Shown here: one piece after another, positions 50,558 to 60,631 of the stretch | How the letters are laid out: every line of letters begins with the position of its first letter | Numbering within the stretch: the first letter of the stretch is position 1 | DNA from: an uncultured SAR116 cluster alpha proteobacterium | Lineage (GTDB): Bacteria > Pseudomonadota > Alphaproteobacteria > Puniceispirillales > Marisalimonadaceae | NCBI GenBank assembly: GCA_902619805.1 | Contig: CACNGC010000002.1 | Span: 19,538-83,537 of the forward strand | Length of the DNA: 64,000 nt | Direction of reading: 5' to 3' | Translations under genes and position numbers: made by a program | The notes under the pieces: generated by a model | Told to the model about the DNA's origin: nothing | The model's database searches: none | What the model saw: the letters and a program-made list of their open reading frames with translations, nothing else

Positions 50558-51481
50558 CTAAAAATTTTTTTGAAAAATAATAATTAAAATTGATATGCCT
50601 AAAAGTATTATACCAAATAATTCTGTTTTCTTTAATCTTTCTTTGAAAAACAACAACGAAATCAAGATTGAAAATATTAATTCAATTTGTCCAACTGCTC
50701 GAACCTCTGCTGCAGTTGTTAATCCAAATGCCACAAACCATCCAAATGTTGCACCTGTTCCACATAATCCCGCAGGTAAACTAGGTTTCCAATATTTAAT
50801 GACAGCAAAGAATTCATTTTTTTTTTCAACAAAAAGATATATTCCTACTAATATTGTCTGAAACACAATAGCAATGAATGAAACAAACAAAGATCTATCA
50901 AGAAGAGGTCCATCAATAGATATAATTGACATTCTGAAAGTGACTACTGAACCAGCAAGTAAAAGACCAGACAGCAACCCTATTAATGTCCCTATAGAGG
51001 AAACTGACGATATTAAGAGTTTAACTGTATCTACTATGTTGTCAGCTTTTTTTGCATAAGATAAAAAAAGTACAGACAGAACACCAAGTGTTATACCAAT
51101 TATAAGTTGCAATGAAAAAATTACATTTAGTATGATAACTTCTAAAAAAGCTATCAAAATTACTTCAGTTTTTGAAAAAGCGATACCTGCTGCAAAACTT
51201 TTGTGAGAGAATACCTTCATTAAAACGTATGTAAAAAGAATTTGGAAAATTGATCCTAGAAAACACAAAAAGATAGAGTAAATAGATAAATTTGGGATTG
51301 AATTGCCAGGTATATTTATCCATATCAACCAAATCAAAGAAGTAAAAGGTAAAGCATAGCAAAATCTTATATAAGCTGCTCCATAATCTCCAAGAAGTGG
51401 TATCATATTTTTTTGAAATGCGGATCTGGCAGTTTGACATCCTGCTGCAAAAACGGCAGCAAAAATCCATATATATTCCAT
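50558..51481 (-). CDS. EamA/DMT-family transporter
   Basis: 307 aa with about 10 hydrophobic segments. Confidence 0.7.
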   Translation of the reverse strand: MEYIWIFAAVFAAGCQTARSAFQKNMIPLLGDYGAAYIRFCYALPFTSLIWLIWINIPGNSIPNLSIYSIFLCFLGSIFQILFTYVLMKVFSHKSFAAGIAFSKTEVILIAFLEVIILNVIFSLQLIIGITLGVLSVLFLSYAKKADNIVDTVKLLISSVSSIGTLIGLLSGLLLAGSVVTFRMSIISIDGPLLDRSLFVSFIAIVFQTILVGIYLFVEKKNEFFAVIKYWKPSLPAGLCGTGATFGWFVAFGLTTAAEVRAVGQIELIFSILISLLFFKERLKKTELFGIILLGISILIIIFQKNF

Positions 51482-51514
51482 ATCAAAAATTTAAAAAAAT
51501 TGTTTTATAAATCA

Positions 51515-52543
51515 TTATAATACAACTCCTTTAATTTTTTTGCTTGCCAACAATTCAGCTATTTGGACAGTATTTAATGCCGCACCTTTCCTTAAATTAT
51601 CTCCAACACACCAAAAAACAATACCATTTTTAACTGAAGGATCTTTTCTAATTCTACTAATATAAACATCGTCTTCACCAGCCACTTCTTCGGGAGTTAC
51701 GTATCCTTCATCAGCTCTATGATCTATCACCGTTACACCGTTAGCATCTCTTAATAAGCTTCTAATATTTTTTTCATCAATGTTATTTTTGCATTCAATA
51801 AAAACCGCTTCGCTATGACCAATAAATACCGGAACTCTTACGCAATGAGCAACCAAATCAATATTAGGATCTAATATTTTTTTTGTCTCAACTCTCATTT
51901 TCCATTCTTCTTTTGTAAACCCATCATCCATAAAAACATCAATATGAGGGATAACATTAAATGCTATTTTTTTAGTAAATTGTTCTGGTTTAGCTTGATC
52001 ATGAACAAATATACCCTTTGTTTGGTTAAAGAGTTCATCCATAGCTGGTTTCCCAGCCCCTGAAACAGCTTGATATGTTGAAACAACAACTCTTGTTATT
52101 CCATATTTGTTGTGTATTGGTTTTAAGGCAACAACTAGCTGAATAGTTGAACAATTGGGATTTGCAATTATATTTTTGTTTTTATAAGCATTAATCGCTT
52201 CAGGATTAACTTCAGGGACAATTAAAGGGACTTCATCATCCATCCTAAAACAAGAAGAGTTGTCAATAACTATGCAACCTTTAACTCCCGCCTTTGGACC
52301 AAATTTTTTTGCTATATCTGAACCAGCTGAAAAAAGAGCTATGTCTGCTTTTTCAAAGTTAAAATCATCAACTGAGCTGACTTTTAGTATTTTTTCGTCC
52401 CCAAAAGATACCTCTTTACCAACGGAGGATCTTGAAGCAAGAGCGAAGATATTCTTTACAGGAAATTTTCTTTCAAACAAAGTTTGAAGCATTTCTCTGC
52501 CAACAGCACCTGTGGCACCAACAACTGCAATATTATAAGACAT
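51515..52543 (-). CDS. asd: Aspartate-semialdehyde dehydrogenase
   Basis: 342 aa. Motifs: IAVVGATGAVG, active-site NPNCSTIQ and SGAG. Its ATG abuts the leuB stop (TAAATG). Confidence 0.95.
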   Translation of the reverse strand: MSYNIAVVGATGAVGREMLQTLFERKFPVKNIFALASRSSVGKEVSFGDEKILKVSSVDDFNFEKADIALFSAGSDIAKKFGPKAGVKGCIVIDNSSCFRMDDEVPLIVPEVNPEAINAYKNKNIIANPNCSTIQLVVALKPIHNKYGITRVVVSTYQAVSGAGKPAMDELFNQTKGIFVHDQAKPEQFTKKIAFNVIPHIDVFMDDGFTKEEWKMRVETKKILDPNIDLVAHCVRVPVFIGHSEAVFIECKNNIDEKNIRSLLRDANGVTVIDHRADEGYVTPEEVAGEDDVYISRIRKDPSVKNGIVFWCVGDNLRKGAALNTVQIAELLASKKIKGVVL

Positions 52544-53659
52544 TTATTTTGTTAATTCCTCTAACTTGTTGATAACTGAATCCATCATTCCTTTCGTACC
52601 AACTTTAACTCTTCCTGAAGCCATTATATCTTGCGTTCTTGGTCCAGCATCTAAAGCTTTTGAAACAGCCTCGTCAATTAAATCTGCCTCTTCTTTCATT
52701 TCAAATGAATAACGAAATAACATTGATAAACTTAAAAGTTCTGCCAATGGATTTGCTAACTCTTTTCCAGCTATATCTGGAGCTGATCCATGAACTGGCT
52801 CATACATAGCATGTCTCTTTCCAGTATTTTGGTCTACAGATCCTAAACTGGCAGAAGGAAGCATTCCGAGTGAACCAGTTAACATAGCTGCACAGTCCGA
52901 TAAAATATCTCCAAATAAATTGTCTGTGACAATAACATCAAATTGCTTAGGATTTCTCACTAATTGCATTGCGCAATTATCAGCATACATATGGTTAATT
53001 AATATATCTGAGCCTTCTTTTTTATGAAGATTAGTCATCACCTCTCTCCAGAAAACACCTGACATCATTACATTTGCTTTTTCTACTGAAGTAACTTTCC
53101 CATTTCTGGCTCTTGCCATATCAAAGGCAACTCTGCCAATTCTTTCAATCTCTGGGGTAGTATAAAGATTAGTGTCATAACCTTTTTTTATTTGAGTATT
53201 AATTTCTTCTATTCCGCGAGGTTCTGCAAAATAAATACCTCCTGTTAACTCTCTTAATATTAAAATGTCTAGGCCTGAGATAATATTAGGTTTAAGGGAA
53301 GAAGCATCAACAAGTGCAGGAAAAACCATGGCAGGCCTAAGATTAGCAAACAAATCCATTTCTTTTCTTAATCTCAGAAGACCATTTTCAGGTCTCCTAT
53401 CAAATTCAACTCCATCGTATTTTGGACTTCCTACTGCACCAAATAAAATTGCATCAGCATCAACTGCATCTGACAAAGTTTCATCTGAAAGAGGGGTACC
53501 ATATTTATCAAAAGAAGCACCTCCTACTAAACCTTCTTTTATGTTAAAACTTATACTTTTATTTTTTGCGAACCAATCAACAACTCTTAAAGTTTCTTTA
53601 ATAACCTCTGGCCCAACTCCATCTCCAGGAAGAACCATTAACGTACGATTAGATGTCAT
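52544..53659 (-). CDS. leuB: 3-isopropylmalate dehydrogenase
   Basis: 371 aa. Motifs: LPGDGVGPEV, LRKE..LFANLRP, NLFGDILSD and HGSAPDIAG. Confidence 0.97.
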   Translation of the reverse strand: MTSNRTLMVLPGDGVGPEVIKETLRVVDWFAKNKSISFNIKEGLVGGASFDKYGTPLSDETLSDAVDADAILFGAVGSPKYDGVEFDRRPENGLLRLRKEMDLFANLRPAMVFPALVDASSLKPNIISGLDILILRELTGGIYFAEPRGIEEINTQIKKGYDTNLYTTPEIERIGRVAFDMARARNGKVTSVEKANVMMSGVFWREVMTNLHKKEGSDILINHMYADNCAMQLVRNPKQFDVIVTDNLFGDILSDCAAMLTGSLGMLPSASLGSVDQNTGKRHAMYEPVHGSAPDIAGKELANPLAELLSLSMLFRYSFEMKEEADLIDEAVSKALDAGPRTQDIMASGRVKVGTKGMMDSVINKLEELTK

Positions 53660-53679
53660 TTTATAAACTCACTTTTTAA

Positions 53680-54285
53680 TTATAACCAGGGTCTTTCATT
53701 AGACATTTTGGTTTCAAATTCTTTGATATCACTAGATTGTTGCATTGTTATGCCTATATCATCTAATCCTTCAAGTAAGCATTTTTTTCTAAAAGGGTCG
53801 ATTTCAAATTTAATAACTGCTCTATTAGGCCTTCTAATTTCCTGAGATGGAAGGTCAATCTCTAGTTCAGGATTTTCCATATCATTTGAATCTGCCAATA
53901 AAGCATCTCTTTCGTCAGATGAAACTTTAATAGGTAAAAGACCATTTTTAAAAGAATTATTATAAAAAATATCCGCGAAAGATGTTGAAATAATACATTT
54001 TATTCCAAAATCAGATAAAGCCCAAGGTGCATGTTCTCTACTTGAACCACATCCAAAGTTATCACCTGCTACAAGAATATTACATTTTCTATATGGCTCT
54101 CTATTTAAGACAAACTCTTCTTTTTCAGAACCGTCATCATTAAATCTCATCTCATCAAAAAGATGTTTACCTAAACCTGTTCTTTTAATTGTCTTTAAAA
54201 ATTGTTTAGGAATTATTTTGTCTGTATCTACATTTATAAAATTAAATGGAGCGGCTATACCTCTAATATTTTTAAATTTTTCCAT
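53680..54285 (-). CDS. leuD: 3-isopropylmalate dehydratase small subunit
   Basis: 201 aa. Motif: [17 protein letters not shown]. Confidence 0.95.
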   Translation of the reverse strand: MEKFKNIRGIAAPFNFINVDTDKIIPKQFLKTIKRTGLGKHLFDEMRFNDDGSEKEEFVLNREPYRKCNILVAGDNFGCGSSREHAPWALSDFGIKCIISTSFADIFYNNSFKNGLLPIKVSSDERDALLADSNDMENPELEIDLPSQEIRRPNRAVIKFEIDPFRKKCLLEGLDDIGITMQQSSDIKEFETKMSNERPWL

Positions 54286-54301
54286 AGTTAAACCTCTAAA
54301 A

Positions 54302-55705
54302 CTACTTGATTAAAGTATAATCAGTTAATGTGCCTGTAATTGCAGAGGCAGCAGCTATTTCAGGACTAACTAGATGTGTTCTTCCACCTTTCCCTTGTCT
54401 ACCTTCAAAATTTCGATTGGATGTACTTGCGCATCTTTCACCAGGTTGAAGTTTGTCTTCATTCATTGCTAAACACATTGAACAACCGGGCTCTCTCCAC
54501 TCAAAACCAGCTTCAGTAAATAATAGATCTAGACCCTCTTCTTCTGCCTGACTTTTCACCAATCCAGAACCTGGAACTACCATGGCCCTAATACCTTTTT
54601 TAACTTTTTTTCCATCTATTACTTTTGCAGCTGACCTTAAATCTTCTATTCTGGAATTTGTACATGAACCTATGAATACAGTATTTATTTCAACTTCAGA
54701 TATCTTTTGACCACCTACTAATCCCATATAATCTAGTGATCTTTGTACCTTAGCTCTAGCGTCCTCATCTTTAATCTTTGAAGGATCAGGTATATAACCA
54801 TCAATTGAGACAACATCTTCTGGACTAGTACCCCATGTTACGGTTGGTTTGATTTTATTAGCGTTAATTGTTATTTTTTTGTCATAAAATGCATTTTCAT
54901 CTGAAGGCAATGATTGCCACCATTCTAAAGCTAAGTCCCAATCTTTACCTTTTGGAGACATGGGTTTATCTCTTAAGTAATCAAATGTTACTTTGTCAGG
55001 AGCTATCATTCCTGCTCTTGCACCAGCTTCTATTGACATATTACAAACAGTCATCCTGCCTTCCATAGAAAGTTGCTCTATAGCCTTACCTGAATATTCA
55101 ATAACATGACCAGTACCACCTGCAGTGCCGATTTCTCCAATAATAGCAAGAACTAAATCTTTAGGAGACACACCTGGTTGAAGCTCACCTTCAACATTGA
55201 TGAGCATGTTTTTAGCTGGCTTTTGAATTAAAGTTTGAGTAGCCAAAACATGTTCAACTTCTGAAGTGCCAATACCAAACGCCAGAGCTCCAAATGCACC
55301 GTGGGTTGCGGTATGGCTGTCACCACAAACTATTGTCATACCCGGTTGGGTAAAGCCTTGTTCTGGACCTATCACATGAACAATTCCTTGTCTTTTGTCC
55401 ATCATGTTAAAATAAGGTATTCCGAAATCTTCTACATTCTTGTCTAGAGCTTCAACTTGGATCCTAGATTCTTCTTCTTGAATTCCGTCAGCCCTATCAG
55501 CTGTTGGTACGTTATGATCAGCCACAGCTAAAGTTCGGTTAGGAGAATTTACATATCTACCAGACATTCTTAACCCCTCAAATGCTTGTGGGCTTGTTAC
55601 TTCATGAACTAAATGCCTATCAATATAGATTAATGACGCACCATCTTCTTGTGTGCTAATAAGATGGTAATCCCAAATTTTATCAAATAATGTTCTGGGT
55701 TTCAT
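54302..55705 (-). CDS. leuC: 3-isopropylmalate dehydratase large subunit
   Basis: 467 aa. Motifs: [26 protein letters not shown] and [13 protein letters not shown] lies 9 nt upstream of the ATG. Confidence 0.97.
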   Translation of the reverse strand: MKPRTLFDKIWDYHLISTQEDGASLIYIDRHLVHEVTSPQAFEGLRMSGRYVNSPNRTLAVADHNVPTADRADGIQEEESRIQVEALDKNVEDFGIPYFNMMDKRQGIVHVIGPEQGFTQPGMTIVCGDSHTATHGAFGALAFGIGTSEVEHVLATQTLIQKPAKNMLINVEGELQPGVSPKDLVLAIIGEIGTAGGTGHVIEYSGKAIEQLSMEGRMTVCNMSIEAGARAGMIAPDKVTFDYLRDKPMSPKGKDWDLALEWWQSLPSDENAFYDKKITINANKIKPTVTWGTSPEDVVSIDGYIPDPSKIKDEDARAKVQRSLDYMGLVGGQKISEVEINTVFIGSCTNSRIEDLRSAAKVIDGKKVKKGIRAMVVPGSGLVKSQAEEEGLDLLFTEAGFEWREPGCSMCLAMNEDKLQPGERCASTSNRNFEGRQGKGGRTHLVSPEIAAASAITGTLTDYTLIK

Positions 55706-55771
55706 TTTTAGAACTCCATTAGTTGTATCAGAATACTAAAATATTACTTATTTTATAAAGTTAATAAACTT

Positions 55772-56203
55772 TTATGAAGTTGTTTCTTCAGCAACTTCTT
55801 TGGAAACGGGTTGATCTACTTGAGTTTTAGTATCTTTTTTAGAAACCTGAATTTTTTCAACGATTCGTGCTGATTTTCCTCTTCTGTCTCTTAGATAATA
55901 TAGCTTAGCTCTTCTTACTTTACCTTTTTTAAGAACAGTTATTCCATCAATTTTAGGAGAAAATATTGGAAAAATTCTCTCAACACCCTCACCATATGAA
56001 ATTTTTCGAACGGTAAAACTTTCGTTCAGACCACCTCCACTTCGAGCAATACATAATCCCTCAAATGCTTGAATTCTTTCTTTATCACCTTCGACAATTT
56101 TTACATCAACTTTTATTGTATCACCTGCGCTAAAATCAGGTATAGATCTTTCAGCAATAATTTTGTCCATCTGATCTTTTTGAATTTTATCAATAACATT
56201 CAT
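55772..56203 (-). CDS. rplS: 50S ribosomal protein L19 (with a short acidic C-terminal tail)
   Basis: 143 aa. Motifs: [25 protein letters not shown] and RRAKLYYLR. Confidence 0.95.
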   Translation of the reverse strand: MNVIDKIQKDQMDKIIAERSIPDFSAGDTIKVDVKIVEGDKERIQAFEGLCIARSGGGLNESFTVRKISYGEGVERIFPIFSPKIDGITVLKKGKVRRAKLYYLRDRRGKSARIVEKIQVSKKDTKTQVDQPVSKEVAEETTS

Positions 56204-56256
56204 ATGCCTACCCTTTCATGAAAATACTCATAGCAAATTAATAAATATTTTTCTAG

Positions 56257-56943
56257 TTAAGATTTAATATATTTTGACCATAAATCTGGTCTTCTAAATT
56301 TGGTAAGCTTTTCAGACATCTTTAATTTCCACATTTGGATTTTTTTATGATTTCCAGATAATAGTACCTCTGGCACTTCCATATCATTCCATACTCTTGG
56401 ATGAGTATATAATGGATATTCTAACAAATGTCTTTCAAAACTTTCATCCTCCAACCCTTCAGCATTTCCAATTACCTCAGGAATAAGTCTTATAGTCGCG
56501 TCCATAATTAATTGAGCACCTATTTCTCCACCAGATAAAACGAAATCTCCAACACTCACTTCTTCTATTTCATTATGAATCAAAAACCTTTCATCAACGC
56601 CTTCATATCTCCCACATATAAAAACAGCACCTTTTTCTTGTGATAATTTCTTTGCGAATTCTTGATCAAATTTTTTTCCTCTTGGTGAAAGGTAAATTCT
56701 TCGACCTACGGCTTTAGTAACAGACTTAAGGGCATTATCTAAAACTTCTGGATTAATAACCATTCCTGGTCCACCACCAAACGGAATTTCATCTACTTTA
56801 CCGTTTTTATTATTTGAAAATTGTCTAATATTAACAGTCGCTAGAGACCACAATTTTTTTCTAAGAGCTTTGCCTGCTATTGAAAAATCCAGAGTGCCAG
56901 GAAACATATCTGGGAATAATGTCAAAACTGTTGCATTCCACAC
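56257..56943 (-). CDS. trmD: tRNA (guanine37-N1)-methyltransferase
   Basis: 228 aa with a GTG start. Motifs: TLFPDMFPG, PFGGGPGMV, CGRYEGVDER and LSGNH. Confidence 0.95.
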   Translation of the reverse strand: MWNATVLTLFPDMFPGTLDFSIAGKALRKKLWSLATVNIRQFSNNKNGKVDEIPFGGGPGMVINPEVLDNALKSVTKAVGRRIYLSPRGKKFDQEFAKKLSQEKGAVFICGRYEGVDERFLIHNEIEEVSVGDFVLSGGEIGAQLIMDATIRLIPEVIGNAEGLEDESFERHLLEYPLYTHPRVWNDMEVPEVLLSGNHKKIQMWKLKMSEKLTKFRRPDLWSKYIKS

Positions 56944-56957
56944 AAAATATCTCCTTT

Positions 56958-57509
56958 TTAATTTTTAATAAAATCTAGATCTAGTTCTAATATTATTTGT
57001 CTGTTCTTATAATCAATTTTTTTTAGAAAAGTTTTTCCCATTGGCAAATAAAAAGTCTTATTATTTTTTTTTACCTCAATCAACAACCCTGCCCCAAAAT
57101 CCTCCAAAAATATTACTTTGCCAAAGCTTTCTTTATTTAAATTATAAACTTCAAAGTTCAACAAATCAGAATGATAAAACTCCTCATTTGTAAGTTTTGG
57201 CAAACTTTTCCTAGTTATGAATAACTTTAATCCTTTAAAATTTTCAGCATCAGTTCTTGTTTCAATGTTTTCGATTTTGCAAACAAATGTTTGTTTTAGT
57301 TTTCTTATTAACTTTAATTTTACAGGGTTTTCAGAGCTCTCTATAAAAATTTCTCTAAAAGAAAAAATATTTTCTGGTATTTCTGTAAAGCTTTTAAGCT
57401 TAACTTCTCCTTTAATACCATGGGCCCCAACAAAGGATCCTATTTCAATTAAATTTTTCTTAGACAAAGCTATTCTATTCTTTTTTTTCCTCTTCAGCTT
57501 TAGTATCAT
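56958..57509 (-). CDS. rimM: Ribosome maturation factor RimM (start uncertain)
   Basis: [16 protein letters not shown] is the RimM N-terminal motif, and a PRC-barrel-like C-terminus follows. Candidate starts are TTG 57515, ATG 57509 (both overlap rpsP by 35-41 nt) and TTG 57467 (no overlap, 8 nt after the rpsP stop). Confidence 0.85.
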   Translation of the reverse strand: MILKLKRKKKNRIALSKKNLIEIGSFVGAHGIKGEVKLKSFTEIPENIFSFREIFIESSENPVKLKLIRKLKQTFVCKIENIETRTDAENFKGLKLFITRKSLPKLTNEEFYHSDLLNFEVYNLNKESFGKVIFLEDFGAGLLIEVKKNNKTFYLPMGKTFLKKIDYKNRQIILELDLDFIKN

Positions 57510-57975
57510 TGGCAACTACTTCCTCTGTTGGAGCTTCTGCCGCAGGTGCCTCTTCTTTAGCTACTTCCTCTGTTGGAGCTTCTGCCGCAGGTGCCTCTTC
57601 TTTAGCCGCTTCCTCTGCTGGAGCTTCTGCTGGAACTGCTGACTTTTCTGCCGCTTCTGCTTCTCTTTCTTGCCTTTTCTTACCTGGAGCACTTTTAATT
57701 GGTTGATCTCTAATCACTGGTGCTTTTACCAAACCATCTGATGAGAGCATTTTTGCAACTCTTAGTGTTGGTTGTGCGCCTTTTGATAACCAGTATTTTG
57801 CTCTTTCAATGTCAAGAACTAATCTTTCAGCATGGTCTTTAGCTACCATTGGATTATATGAACCTAATCTTTCTATAAACTTTCCATCTCTTGGTGACAA
57901 TGCTTCTGCAACTACGATTTTGTAAAAAGGTCTCTTTTTTGCTCCACCCCTAGACAATCTTATTTTTAACGCCAT
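57475..57975 (-). CDS. rpsP: 30S ribosomal protein S16 with a long Ala/Glu/Pro-rich C-terminal extension
   Basis: 166 aa. The canonical S16 core ([23 protein letters not shown]...) is followed by about 80 aa of low-complexity sequence containing repeated [15 protein letters not shown] units. Confidence 0.95.
   Translation of the reverse strand: MALKIRLSRGGAKKRPFYKIVVAEALSPRDGKFIERLGSYNPMVAKDHAERLVLDIERAKYWLSKGAQPTLRVAKMLSSDGLVKAPVIRDQPIKSAPGKKRQEREAEAAEKSAVPAEAPAEEAAKEEAPAAEAPTEEVAKEEAPAAEAPTEEVVANDTKAEEEKKE
57516..57640. repeat. Tandem 45-bp direct repeat inside the rpsP 3' region (2 identical copies plus 1 degenerate copy)
   Basis: 57516-57560 and 57561-57605 are identical by base-by-base comparison (ctacttcctctgttggagcttctgccgcaggtgcctcttctttag). 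57606-57640 is a diverged third copy. The repeat is in frame and encodes 15-aa repeats. The segment is conspicuously GC-rich compared with its surroundings. Confidence 0.95.
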
Positions 57976-58011
57976 TTTTTTTCCTTATAATTATATTATT
58001 GTTTAATAAAT

Positions 58012-59532
58012 TTATCTTCTTTTTTTAGACGGTTTTCCACCTAACCCTGGTAATCTCATACCTTCAAATCGATTTGCCATATTACCTAAGTTAGGCATAT
58101 TACCACCCATCATTTTTTGCAATTCGGCCATCTTATTGGCATCCGTAACTGAATTTACACCATCCCCTAATCCAGGATTTGGGCTTGCTCCTCCAAGTGA
58201 TGACGTCATATTTTTTAATGCCCCAAGGCCACCCATTTTACCCATTTTTTTCATCATACGAGCCATGTCTTGTTGTTGTTTGACAAGTCTATTTACATCA
58301 GAGACAGCTGTTCCCGAACCTGAAGCAATTCTTTTTCTACGAGAAGCATTTAAGATAGAAACATTTACTCTCTCTTTTTTTGTCATGGAATGTATAATAG
58401 CTTCTTGTTTTAAAATTGCTTTGTCATTAAAATTGTTAGCAGCCATTTGTTTCTGGAGCTTACCAATACCTGGAAGCATAGACATTATTCCACCTAAACC
58501 TCCCATTTTTTTTAATTGTCCAATTTGTTTTAACATATCATTCATATCAAAACTGCCTTGTGACATCCTTTTCATCATTTGAGCAGCGTCTTCTTCTGCA
58601 ATAGTTTCTGCAGCTTTTTCTACAAGTGAGACAACATCCCCCATATCTAAGATTCTTCCAGCAGCTCTATCTGGATAAAATGGTTCTAATCCGTCTAGTT
58701 TTTCAGAAATACCAACAAATTTTATAGGACATCCAGTCACCGATCTCATTGATAGTGCAGCACCACCTCTTGCGTCACCATCGGACCTCGTTAAAACAAC
58801 GCCTGATACTTTAATTAACTCTGAAAAAGCTTTTGCTGTCTGAACAGCATCCTGACCAGTCATTGCATCAGCAACTAATAAAGTTTCCGATGGTTTGGAT
58901 AATTTAAAAATCTCTTTTGCCTCAGACATCATGGCTGTATCGAGTGTTGTTCTACCAGCAGTATCAAGAATTAAAACATCTATTGCCTGTACTTTAGATG
59001 CAGCCATTGCTCTTTTTGTTATTTTTTCAGGGCTCTCTCCATCAATTTCTGGAAGTACCAAAACTTCTGCTTGTTCACCTAATATCCTAAGTTGTTCTCT
59101 AGCGGCAGGCCTGTAAATATCAAGCGATGCAAGCATAACTTTCTTTCTTTTTTTAGATTTTAAATGAAAAGCCAACTTACCGGCAGTTGTGGTTTTACCA
59201 GAACCCTGAAGACCAACTATCAATATAACTGCAGGAGGAGCATGATCTATTAATAATTCTGTTTCTGTGGAACCAAGTACTTCTATTAAAACGTCATTAA
59301 CAATCTTGATAACTTGCTGACCAGGTTTAACCGATCTTAAAACTTCTTCACCAACTGCCCTTACTTTTACCTTTTCAATAAATTCTCTGACAACTGACAA
59401 AGCAACATCGGCTTCTAGTAGAGCTGTTCGTACTTCTTTGAGTGCGCTTTCAACATCACTTTCAGAAAGAGCTCCCCTCTTTGTTAGTCCTTTAAAAACA
59501 TTTCCAAGCTTATCAGTTAAGTTTTCAAACAT
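58012..59532 (-). CDS. ffh: Signal recognition particle protein Ffh
   Basis: 506 aa. Motifs: GLQGSGKTTT, DTAGR and TRSDGDARGGAALS. It has a Met-rich M domain and a Gly/Met-rich basic tail. Confidence 0.97.
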   Translation of the reverse strand: MFENLTDKLGNVFKGLTKRGALSESDVESALKEVRTALLEADVALSVVREFIEKVKVRAVGEEVLRSVKPGQQVIKIVNDVLIEVLGSTETELLIDHAPPAVILIVGLQGSGKTTTAGKLAFHLKSKKRKKVMLASLDIYRPAAREQLRILGEQAEVLVLPEIDGESPEKITKRAMAASKVQAIDVLILDTAGRTTLDTAMMSEAKEIFKLSKPSETLLVADAMTGQDAVQTAKAFSELIKVSGVVLTRSDGDARGGAALSMRSVTGCPIKFVGISEKLDGLEPFYPDRAAGRILDMGDVVSLVEKAAETIAEEDAAQMMKRMSQGSFDMNDMLKQIGQLKKMGGLGGIMSMLPGIGKLQKQMAANNFNDKAILKQEAIIHSMTKKERVNVSILNASRRKRIASGSGTAVSDVNRLVKQQQDMARMMKKMGKMGGLGALKNMTSSLGGASPNPGLGDGVNSVTDANKMAELQKMMGGNMPNLGNMANRFEGMRLPGLGGKPSKKRR

Positions 59533-59564
59533 TTTAAAACCAATTAGTTATTATAACTACAATT

Positions 59565-59595
59565 ACGCCCGTGCTTGAAACTCAAGGACGCGCGT
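59565..59595 (-). other. GC-rich imperfect hairpin in the ftsY-ffh spacer (candidate ffh 5'-leader structure or ftsY terminator/processing site)
   Basis: The minus strand reads ACGCGCGUCCUUGAGUUUCAAGCACGGGCGU. I paired it by hand into 13 base pairs (4 + 3 + 5, separated by G.G and C.C mismatches, plus a closing A-U) with a GUU loop. It is the only GC-rich intergenic element I saw in the window. No U-tract follows it on the minus strand. Confidence 0.5.
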
Positions 59596-59626
59596 TTACG
59601 AATTTTTAAAAATAATTTGTTGTTTC

Positions 59627-59653
59627 AGTATAGAATTTTATCGATCAAGTCAA
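59627..59653 (-). promoter_or_regulatory. Candidate sigma-70-type promoter for ffh
   Basis: The minus strand reads TTGACT-N15-TATACT (-35 = complement of 59648-59653; -10 = complement of 59627-59632). Both hexamers are near consensus, but the 15-nt spacer is short. It lies just downstream of the ftsY stop and upstream of the hairpin. Confidence 0.3.
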
Positions 59654-59672
59654 GCCTAACTAAAAGAAATGA

Positions 59673-60605
59673 CTAATCCAAACCAGCTAATGCCTTTGAA
59701 AATGATGAGGCTTCAAAAATTTGCAGATCATCTAATCCTTCACCAACACCAACTGCATGAATAGGAATTTCGAACTTTTCAGCTAAAGATACAACAACTC
59801 CACCTTTTGCACTTCCATCTAACTTTGTAATGATCATACCTGTTAAACCAATAGATTCATCGAAGCTTTTTAATTGAGAATGTGCATTCTGTCCAACAGT
59901 ACCGTCTAAAACTACAACTTTTTGATGTGGGGCATCGTGATCTAATTTTGATACAACTCGACAGGTTTTTGTCAGTTCTTCCATTAAATCTTTTTTATTT
60001 TGTAATCTTCCAGCTGTGTCGATAATAACAATGTCAATATTTTCTTTTTTTGCTAATTCAAAAGCTCTAAAAGCCACAGCGGCTGAGTCTCCTCCTTCTT
60101 CTCCGGATACCACTTGTGCACCGACTCTTTTTCCCCACGTCTTTAACTGTTCTACAGCAGCCGCCCTAAAAGTGTCTGATGCAGCTAAAACAACTGATTT
60201 TTGTTCAAGTCTAAATTTTTCTGCTATTTTAGCAGCGGTAGTTGTTTTTCCCGAACCATTAACCCCTGCTAAAAGCAAAACATGTGGTTTAGATTTAACT
60301 TTTTCATAAAGATTTTGTTCACGAGGCAGTAAAATTTTTTCAATTTCTTCAGCCAAAGTTTTTGCGATTTGTGTCTTTTCTATTTCTTTATTTTTATTTA
60401 ATTCGAATTTCTGATCTTTGATCTTTTTTGCTATTCTACCAGCAACTTCCACACCAAGATCGGCTAGTATTAATTGATCTTCAATATCATAAAGTGTTTC
60501 TTGATCAATTGTTTTTTTTCCAGTTATAGAGGCTATCGCACCTTCTACCTTAGATGTCGATTTGCTTAATCCAGTCTTTAATTTTTTAAACCAATTTAAT
60601 GCCAT
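59673..60605 (-). CDS. ftsY: Signal recognition particle receptor FtsY (short form, minimal A domain)
   Basis: 310 aa. Motifs: GVNGSGKTTT, DTAGRLQ and TKLDGSAKGG. Confidence 0.97.
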   Translation of the reverse strand: MALNWFKKLKTGLSKSTSKVEGAIASITGKKTIDQETLYDIEDQLILADLGVEVAGRIAKKIKDQKFELNKNKEIEKTQIAKTLAEEIEKILLPREQNLYEKVKSKPHVLLLAGVNGSGKTTTAAKIAEKFRLEQKSVVLAASDTFRAAAVEQLKTWGKRVGAQVVSGEEGGDSAAVAFRAFELAKKENIDIVIIDTAGRLQNKKDLMEELTKTCRVVSKLDHDAPHQKVVVLDGTVGQNAHSQLKSFDESIGLTGMIITKLDGSAKGGVVVSLAEKFEIPIHAVGVGEGLDDLQIFEASSFSKALAGLD

Positions 60606-60631
60606 TAAATCTGACTCTTTTTTTATCTATT

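Noticed and set aside
55706-55771. A leucine leader peptide or attenuator upstream of leuC.
   Set aside because: The 66-bp spacer contains no short Leu-rich ORF and no alternative stem-loops, only an SD-like GGAG before the ATG.
57217-57706. ORFs 57217-57642 (+) and 57509-57706 (+) with repetitive Cys/Ser/Ala-rich translations.
   Set aside because: They are antisense to rimM and rpsP. Their repetitiveness is just the reverse reading of the 45-bp tandem repeat in rpsP.
59533-59672. Possibility that the GC-rich element next to ffh is the SRP (4.5S) RNA gene or a tRNA fragment.
   Set aside because: It has no GGAA/GNRA tetraloop and no conserved domain-IV sequence (AGGUCCGGAAGGAAGCAGCC-like). 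The element is only about 31 nt and has no tRNA T-arm or anticodon-arm features.
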